Virus record (IMG/VR): IMGVR_UViG_2974629863_000001 | Span: 1 to 64,000 of that record | Direction: 5' to 3' (one strand) | DNA from: a virus | Lineage: Duplodnaviria > Caudoviricetes | DNA length: 64,000 nucleotides | In this document: positions 58,219 through 64,000 of the stretch, one piece after another | Layout of the letters: every line of letters starts with the position of its first letter | How positions within the stretch are numbered: position 1 is the first letter of the stretch | Made by a program: the position numbers and the translations under genes | The notes under the pieces: model-generated | Seen by the model: only the letters and a program-made list of their open reading frames with translations | Told to the model about the DNA's origin: nothing | Databases searched by the model: none

Positions 58219-59495
58219 ATTATGAAGAACGAGTTATTAGTTCCCTAGTAAAACGGAAAGATATGGTTTCCGTTATGCATATGGATCTAGGTACTTTATT
58301 TACAAGCCATAAAGACATCTGGGACTTTGTGGAGACCTATTACCAGACAAATAAAGAAGTTGTTCCGGTTTCAGTTCTAAGTGAGCGGTTTCCCGACTTT
58401 GAATACGATGACAGTCTAGAAGGAACAACTAAACATTATGTAGCAGAAGCGTACGAACAGAAAGCTACAGCCGACCTCACTAGTGTTATCGCAGGTGCTA
58501 CAAAAGCACTCAAGAGCAAAAAGATTTCAGCATCAGACCTTCTAGATCACTTCCAGAAGCGAGTAGCCGAAATTAAGCAAGAGGCTGGTATGTCTCGATC
58601 AGTTGATATTCGAGATTACAAGGATGCATCAAAGCACTATGAACGCATCCGTGAATTATCAGAACTTCATGGTGGCTCACCGGGTATTCGATTCGGCTTT
58701 GATTATATGGATCAGCGGTACCCAACAGGTATGGCAGCAGGACACTTCATGGTTCTCATGGGATACTCAGGTCTAGGTAAGACTTGGTTCGGAATCAAGC
58801 TTATGATTAATGCTTGGCTTCAGGGTTACTCACCTATGATTATCAACCTCGAAATGTCGGCGGAAGAGCTAAGGGATCGAGTCTACTTCTTAATCTCTGA
58901 GTATACAATGAATGATCTAGTCCAAGCATCTGTAGATGTAAATAACTTCGAAGCATGGGCAGAAGAGTTCATGAAGGACAAGCCCGAATTTAATCTCATC
59001 AGCCAAGAGGGATTCGGAGACTTCACGGTTGATATGGTTCAGGCAAAGATTGAACAGTACCAGCCAGATGTTCTTATGCTAGACTACCTAAGTCTATTTA
59101 CAGACCGAGGTCGTTCAAATGATGAGCGCATTCGAACAAAGAAGACTGCACGTGAACTAAAGCAGTTGGCTCAGGGATCTAAGGTTCCTATTCTAACTAT
59201 TACCGCAGTTACGGGTAAGGACAAGAAAGACCGTATTAATCCTCCCGACGTTGCACAGGTTGCATTCTCATCAGAGATTGAATATGCAGCGAACCTTGCA
59301 TTCGCAGTTCACACACATAGGAATCCTGTAACTCAGGAATCACTCAATACAGAGATTGTTGCACGTAAAAATAGGCACGGCGAACTCTTTAGTTTCTTAA
59401 TTAAGATGGACCTAGATAATGGTATAATCGAGGAGATTAAAGAGGAAGATCAGGTCATGCCAGAAGATGATTTAGAATTCCTCGATGCTGACTAA
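58215..59495 (+). CDS. dnaB: DnaB-like replicative helicase
   Basis: GYSGLGKT, NLEMS, LDYL, RKNRHG. Confidence 0.92.
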   Translation: MNYEERVISSLVKRKDMVSVMHMDLGTLFTSHKDIWDFVETYYQTNKEVVPVSVLSERFPDFEYDDSLEGTTKHYVAEAYEQKATADLTSVIAGATKALKSKKISASDLLDHFQKRVAEIKQEAGMSRSVDIRDYKDASKHYERIRELSELHGGSPGIRFGFDYMDQRYPTGMAAGHFMVLMGYSGLGKTWFGIKLMINAWLQGYSPMIINLEMSAEELRDRVYFLISEYTMNDLVQASVDVNNFEAWAEEFMKDKPEFNLISQEGFGDFTVDMVQAKIEQYQPDVLMLDYLSLFTDRGRSNDERIRTKKTARELKQLAQGSKVPILTITAVTGKDKKDRINPPDVAQVAFSSEIEYAANLAFAVHTHRNPVTQESLNTEIVARKNRHGELFSFLIKMDLDNGIIEEIKEEDQVMPEDDLEFLDAD

Positions 59496-59512
59496 AGATT
59501 AGAGGAAAAATA

Positions 59513-59791
59513 GTGCATGAAGAGATAAAAAGTTTCACACACGAAGGCATCATTGCCGACGACAAATATTTCATTAGGGTAAAAGATAATATGCAACGTG
59601 TGTTGGAAGACTCGATGAGAATCGAAGGTTTTGTACCTGTAATTGATATGGACGTAGGTTGGTCAACTCAATTACGAGATGAAGATCGTGGTTATGCTTT
59701 TAAAATCACCATGTACGGAGTATTTGTAGGCGAGGACAAGGATTGCGAAAAAATAGCTTATTCGGGTGGAAAGATTATTCAGATCAAATAA
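59513..59791 (+). CDS. hypothetical protein
   Basis: GAGG SD; between helicase and primase. Confidence 0.65.
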   Translation: MHEEIKSFTHEGIIADDKYFIRVKDNMQRVLEDSMRIEGFVPVIDMDVGWSTQLRDEDRGYAFKITMYGVFVGEDKDCEKIAYSGGKIIQIK

Positions 59792-60729
59792 GTGTCGAAG
59801 ATCTATACACTATCCTAGAAGAAATAGGCATCGAGACTGCATCAGAAACAGATACTCACATATTAGTATATTGTCCCTTTCATAATAACCGGCACTCCCC
59901 AGCAGCAACAGTTTCCAAGCAAAATGGATTCGTGTACTGTTGGGGAGCTGGTTGTAACACTCGAATGAACTTACAAGAGATTGTTCAAGAGATTAAGGAA
60001 TGGGATCGCGGTAGAGCTATGCGCTTTATCGAAAAACATGCTACTAGTGATCCTGTTGAACAACTGATTAAAGAACTTGAAGCTAATCATGAAGAGATGC
60101 CAGAGTTTGATTACAAACTAATGGAAAGATTTCAGGACGAGTTTCAACATTCATCTAAAGCCAAGAACTATATTCTAGGTCGTGGTATGAATGAGTTTTC
60201 GATGAAAACATTTAATTTCGGTTATGACCCAGGGCGAGGCATGGTCCTCACACCGATGCACGACAAAGATGCTAGACTTATAGGCGTAATCGGGAGAACG
60301 ATTGCCGGTGAGAAGAGATTCAAGAACTCAAAAGATCTACCATCTAGGAAAACACTTTTCAATTATCACAGAGCGAGAAAAACAGGCTCTGACACATTAA
60401 TCATTGTAGAATCAAACTTCGATTGCATTAGAGCGCATCAGTCTGGTTATCCAAACACAGTAGCAACTCTATCGGGAGCATTCTCAGATTACCATCTAAC
60501 TCAGGTGAGTAGAAGCTTTTCTAAGGTGATCTTAGCGGTTGATATTGATGGTCCAGGAGAAGCCTTCGCAGGTAGAATATCTAAGAAGTGCAGATCGGCC
60601 GGAATGCAGGTAAACAGAATCCAGTACACTTTATCTGAGCGTTTACCACATGATGCCAAGGACTTAAGTGATTGCACAGACGATGAAATAGCACAAGCAA
60701 TCAAACGATCAGAAATATACGTCGATTAA
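59743..60729 (+). CDS. dnaG: DNA primase
   Basis: CPFH zinc finger, IIVESNFD and DIDGPG TOPRIM motifs. Confidence 0.9.
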   Translation: MRKNSLFGWKDYSDQISVEDLYTILEEIGIETASETDTHILVYCPFHNNRHSPAATVSKQNGFVYCWGAGCNTRMNLQEIVQEIKEWDRGRAMRFIEKHATSDPVEQLIKELEANHEEMPEFDYKLMERFQDEFQHSSKAKNYILGRGMNEFSMKTFNFGYDPGRGMVLTPMHDKDARLIGVIGRTIAGEKRFKNSKDLPSRKTLFNYHRARKTGSDTLIIVESNFDCIRAHQSGYPNTVATLSGAFSDYHLTQVSRSFSKVILAVDIDGPGEAFAGRISKKCRSAGMQVNRIQYTLSERLPHDAKDLSDCTDDEIAQAIKRSEIYVD

Positions 60730-60789
60730 TGGTATAATTGATACATGCTTTAGAGCAGAATAAAGAAAAATAGGAGAAAAAGAAAACAA

Positions 60790-61506
60790 ATGGCAATTAC
60801 AGATCTAAAAGAACTACGCAAGGCAAAAGAAGCAAAAGCAGCAAAAGACGAACTTCGCAATCGTCCAAAGGCGAATTGGTTCTCACTTAAGAATGGTGAG
60901 CAGAAAAAGGTTCAGTTCCTCAATGAGCTAACCAAAGAGGCAGAAAATTACAAGCCAGAATACGGCACTTTCTATGCACCTGTTGTCCATAATGCTCATG
61001 GTCCAGAAGGATTCAAGGTCAAGGCTCTTGACACGATGGAATCAGAGGGTAAAGACTACGCACAGGAAATGTATGAGGCAAACCGTCAGGAAACAGGCTG
61101 GAAGCCTAAGACAGATTTCTACATTAACGTAGCAACTGCAGGTGATGATGGAAAGATCGAAGCACAGATTCTTTCACGAAATCTATACTCAAGTTTCGTA
61201 GACGATCTAGCAGATATTTACGATGATTCAGACGGCGTTGGTATTACCGGCAAGACGTTTATTATCAAGCGTACAGGTGAAGGTCCACAGACAGTTTACG
61301 GTATTCGTCCATCAAAGGATGAGATTGATATCGGAGATGTTGTTCCGTGGGATCTAGAAGAGTACGCAGTTCGCAAGGTTCCTTACGCAGAGCAGAAGGA
61401 ATTCTACGGACGTTACTACGTACCAGAGCGCGGATTTGAAGATGAAGATGAGGGAGATTCTTCACCAGATTCAACTACATCAGCTAAAGAAGAACTAGAC
61501 TGGTAA
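60790..61506 (+). CDS. single-stranded DNA-binding protein (gp32-like)
   Basis: IKRTGEGPQTVY, acidic C-terminal tail ending in W. Confidence 0.75.
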   Translation: MAITDLKELRKAKEAKAAKDELRNRPKANWFSLKNGEQKKVQFLNELTKEAENYKPEYGTFYAPVVHNAHGPEGFKVKALDTMESEGKDYAQEMYEANRQETGWKPKTDFYINVATAGDDGKIEAQILSRNLYSSFVDDLADIYDDSDGVGITGKTFIIKRTGEGPQTVYGIRPSKDEIDIGDVVPWDLEEYAVRKVPYAEQKEFYGRYYVPERGFEDEDEGDSSPDSTTSAKEELDW

Positions 61507-61524
61507 GAAGTATTTAAGCTAGAC

Positions 61525-61554
61525 GGGAGGGTTGGTAAAAACACCAACCCTCCC
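61525..61554 (+). terminator. hairpin after ssb
   Basis: GGGAGGGTTGGT-loop-ACCAACCCTCCC. Confidence 0.65.
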
Positions 61555-61575
61555 TTAGGCATTATTGGAGAGAAT

Positions 61576-62493
61576 ATGACATTCATCGATTACGCAGAAC
61601 TACACATGCATACAGATTTCAGTTTGCTAGACGGAACTTCCGATTCACGACAGTATTGCAGTCGCGCTCAGGAATTAGGAATCGAGACGCTAGCCATTAC
61701 AGATCATTCAACTTGCGCAGGACACCGAAACCATCTAAAGACTTGCGATGAGTTCAACATCAAGGCAATTCTAGGTTGTGAAATTCACTTCACAGAAGAT
61801 CGTTTTGACAAGCGATCAAAGGCCAAGCGTCAAGATGGTGAAGAAACAGAACTCTACTACCATATGATTGTCCTAGCTAAGAATGACAATGGCTTGAAGA
61901 ATCTATATGCTATGGAGCGAGCAGCATGGCTAGAAGGATTCTATTCAAAGCCACGTGTTGACTTCGAACTTCTAGAGCAGTATCACGAAGACTTGATTAT
62001 TACAACGGCATGTGTTTCAGGACCGATTTCTCGTAATATCATCAATGAAAAAGAAGAAACCGCTTTGAAGTGGTTGTACCGACTCAAAGATGTATTCAAG
62101 GATGATCTATACATGGAACTACAGGATCACAATGAAGCGATTGCGCCGGGTCTGAATAAGAAGCTTATTGAAATGGCAGATAGAGAACAAGTAAAGATCA
62201 TTGCTACTAGGGATTGCCACCACGCAGATCCAGACAAGCTATGGCTACAAGAGGCAGCACTTATTCTAAATACAAAGCCCAAGTTTAACAAGGACTTTGA
62301 TCGTAGTAAAATGGCAACGATGGAATTACTAGAGAAGTTCAATTACCTCTACCCTGAGCGAAAGATGACTTTCGAAACAGCAGAGGTACATCTAGCAGCA
62401 GCAGAATTTACAAATCAGAAGTTCCTAGCTCAGAATATTGATCGACCAGACTTATTTTCAAATACAATCGAGATTGCGGATAAAATTGGCTAA
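61576..62493 (+). CDS. dnaE: DNA polymerase III alpha, N-terminal PHP part
   Basis: LHMHTDFSLLDG, AITDH, KPRVD, TRDCH; stops after NTIEIADKIG. Confidence 0.9.
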   Translation: MTFIDYAELHMHTDFSLLDGTSDSRQYCSRAQELGIETLAITDHSTCAGHRNHLKTCDEFNIKAILGCEIHFTEDRFDKRSKAKRQDGEETELYYHMIVLAKNDNGLKNLYAMERAAWLEGFYSKPRVDFELLEQYHEDLIITTACVSGPISRNIINEKEETALKWLYRLKDVFKDDLYMELQDHNEAIAPGLNKKLIEMADREQVKIIATRDCHHADPDKLWLQEAALILNTKPKFNKDFDRSKMATMELLEKFNYLYPERKMTFETAEVHLAAAEFTNQKFLAQNIDRPDLFSNTIEIADKIG

Positions 62494-64000
62494 GGTAAAG
62501 CAGGCGTATACACTATACAAGAATCTAGAAACTCTGCCGGAACCAGAAGGCAAGGATATTGAAGGTCTTCTACGTGAGATTTGCAAGCGTGGAATGACCA
62601 AGCGAAAGCTGGACGGCAAGCAAGAGTATGAAGATCAGCTAGAAGAAGAACTAGAACTAATCCTTCGTAAGAAGTTTGGCGTCTACTTCATTATTCTTTG
62701 GGATATTCTACGATACGCACGTAGGGAAGGAATTCCTATTGGTGCTGGTCGTGGTTCAGCAGCAGGTTCATTAGTCTGTTATGTAATGGAAATTACGGAA
62801 GTTGATCCACTAGAGCACAATCTACTATTCTGGCGATTTCTCAGTGAAGAGCGTGACGGATACCCAGACGTTGACGTTGATATTGCACACCGTTACCGCA
62901 GTAAGCTAAAGCGTTACGTAGAGGACAAGTACGGAAGCGAAAATGTAGCTTCTATTACGACATTCTCGTACTACTCTGCCAAGTCAGCTATCAAGGCAGC
63001 TTGTCGCATCATGAAGGTTCCTTTCTCAGAGTCAAACGCTTTGGTGAAGAATATCGAAACGATGGATGATTTTCGCAAGGAACGCTATCGAGAATTCCAT
63101 ACTAAATACCCAGAGGTCTATAAGATCGCTAAGGGTCTAGAGGGCATGATCGAGAAGGCTGGATACCACGCAGCAGCCACGATTATTACCAAGCAAAAGC
63201 TCACAGATCTTACGTCGATTGAATCACGCGCAGTTAAGGGTGAAGAATTCCGTCAGCCTACTATTGCACTTACGAAAGACGATGCAGAAGAGCTAGGATT
63301 TATTAAGTACGACTTCCTAGGACTTGTCAACCTAACAGTGGTAGACGACTGTGTAAAGATGATTCGTAAGAACTACGGTCGTATCATTGACCCACTTAAG
63401 ATTCGTCCAGATGATGACAAAGTGTTTAAGATGATTTCCGATGGTCACACGCTAGGTGTATTCCAGGCAGAGGCATCAGCTTCTACCAAGGTAATTAAAG
63501 AGATGGGTATCGAGAACTTTGGCGATCTAGTGGCTTCTAACGCGCTGGTTAGGCCGGGAGCGTGGAAGGCCTTCGGTAAAGACTATATTGCCCGTAAGAA
63601 GGGATATAAGAAGGTCACATTCCCTACACCTGAGTCAGAAGAATACCTGAAGGATACATATGGTTTCTACTTGTTTCAGGAACAGACAATGCTTATCTGT
63701 ACTGATATTGCAGGTCTATCCAAGACGGACGCAGATAAGATCCGTAAGCTAACTGCACACAAAGAAGATCCGATTACACTTGCACCATTCAAAGAAGCAT
63801 TCCTTAATGGCGCACGTAAGAAGGTCAGTCAGGAACAGGCAGAAAAGCTTTGGGCCGACATCGAACTCACAGCAGAATACTCGTTTAACAAGTGCCTTGC
63901 AGAAGATACGCTAGTAGATATTATGATTGACGACGACGAGTCGGATGAACTAAGTTATGAGACCTGCACTCTTGAACAGGTTTATAATCTTTTTTCAGAC
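62486..64000 (+). CDS. dnaE: DNA polymerase III alpha, catalytic part (+1 frame, runs off window, not in ORF track)
   Basis: GAGRGSAAGSLV, PDVDVD, KYDFLGL, GVFQ, EYSFNK; probable TTG start at 62486. Confidence 0.88.
   Translation, partial: MAKVKQAYTLYKNLETLPEPEGKDIEGLLREICKRGMTKRKLDGKQEYEDQLEEELELILRKKFGVYFIILWDILRYARREGIPIGAGRGSAAGSLVCYVMEITEVDPLEHNLLFWRFLSEERDGYPDVDVDIAHRYRSKLKRYVEDKYGSENVASITTFSYYSAKSAIKAACRIMKVPFSESNALVKNIETMDDFRKERYREFHTKYPEVYKIAKGLEGMIEKAGYHAAATIITKQKLTDLTSIESRAVKGEEFRQPTIALTKDDAEELGFIKYDFLGLVNLTVVDDCVKMIRKNYGRIIDPLKIRPDDDKVFKMISDGHTLGVFQAEASASTKVIKEMGIENFGDLVASNALVRPGAWKAFGKDYIARKKGYKKVTFPTPESEEYLKDTYGFYLFQEQTMLICTDIAGLSKTDADKIRKLTAHKEDPITLAPFKEAFLNGARKKVSQEQAEKLWADIELTAEYSFNKCLAEDTLVDIMIDDDESDELSYETCTLEQVYNLFSD
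63893..64000 (+). mobile_element. intein N-terminus in DnaE (partial)
   Basis: Conserved FNK(S/A)H motif is interrupted: FNK|CLAEDTLVDI matches intein block A. Confidence 0.8.

Noticed and set aside
62492-62505. AAG|GTAAAGCAG|G resembles spliceosomal splice sites at the dnaE break
   Set aside because: Only 9 nt, bacterial context, and removing it would neither delete the TAA nor fix the frame.

Overview
This window is the left part of a large, AT-rich, lytic-looking tailed phage genome. The host is probably a mycolic-acid actinobacterium such as Rhodococcus, inferred from the LGFP-repeat amidase, cutinase-like hydrolases, Rpf and an Lsr2-like protein. Layout: (1) 1-3.4 kb, a compositionally distinct end block with an Lsr2-like gene, a few small leftward genes, a tRNA-like minihelix, a palindrome-rich non-coding tract and a candidate structured RNA. 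(2) 3.4-21.1 kb, dense leftward accessory genes: an array of small paralogs, NADAR, ADP-ribosylglycohydrolase, ThyX, Rpf, FkbM methyltransferase and cutinases. (3) About 21.2-21.7 kb, an AT-rich strand switch with phased repeats. (4) Rightward genes: HNH, HTH, glycosyltransferase, class Ia RNR, endolysin, an appendage cassette, portal/protease/capsid, tail genes, holin, helicase, primase, SSB and a split, intein-containing DnaE that runs off the window. The best leads are: an NrdA whose redox-active C-terminal CxxC tail is a separate 30-aa gene; an apparent plug-and-socket appendage system in which three Tyr-tailed adaptors (two are tail-tube paralogs) each precede proteins sharing a His-rich N-terminal module; two promoter- and terminator-bounded structured RNAs; an anticodon-less tRNA mimic; and a free-standing degenerate intein. 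All calls come from reading motifs by eye; no searches or folding programs were run.
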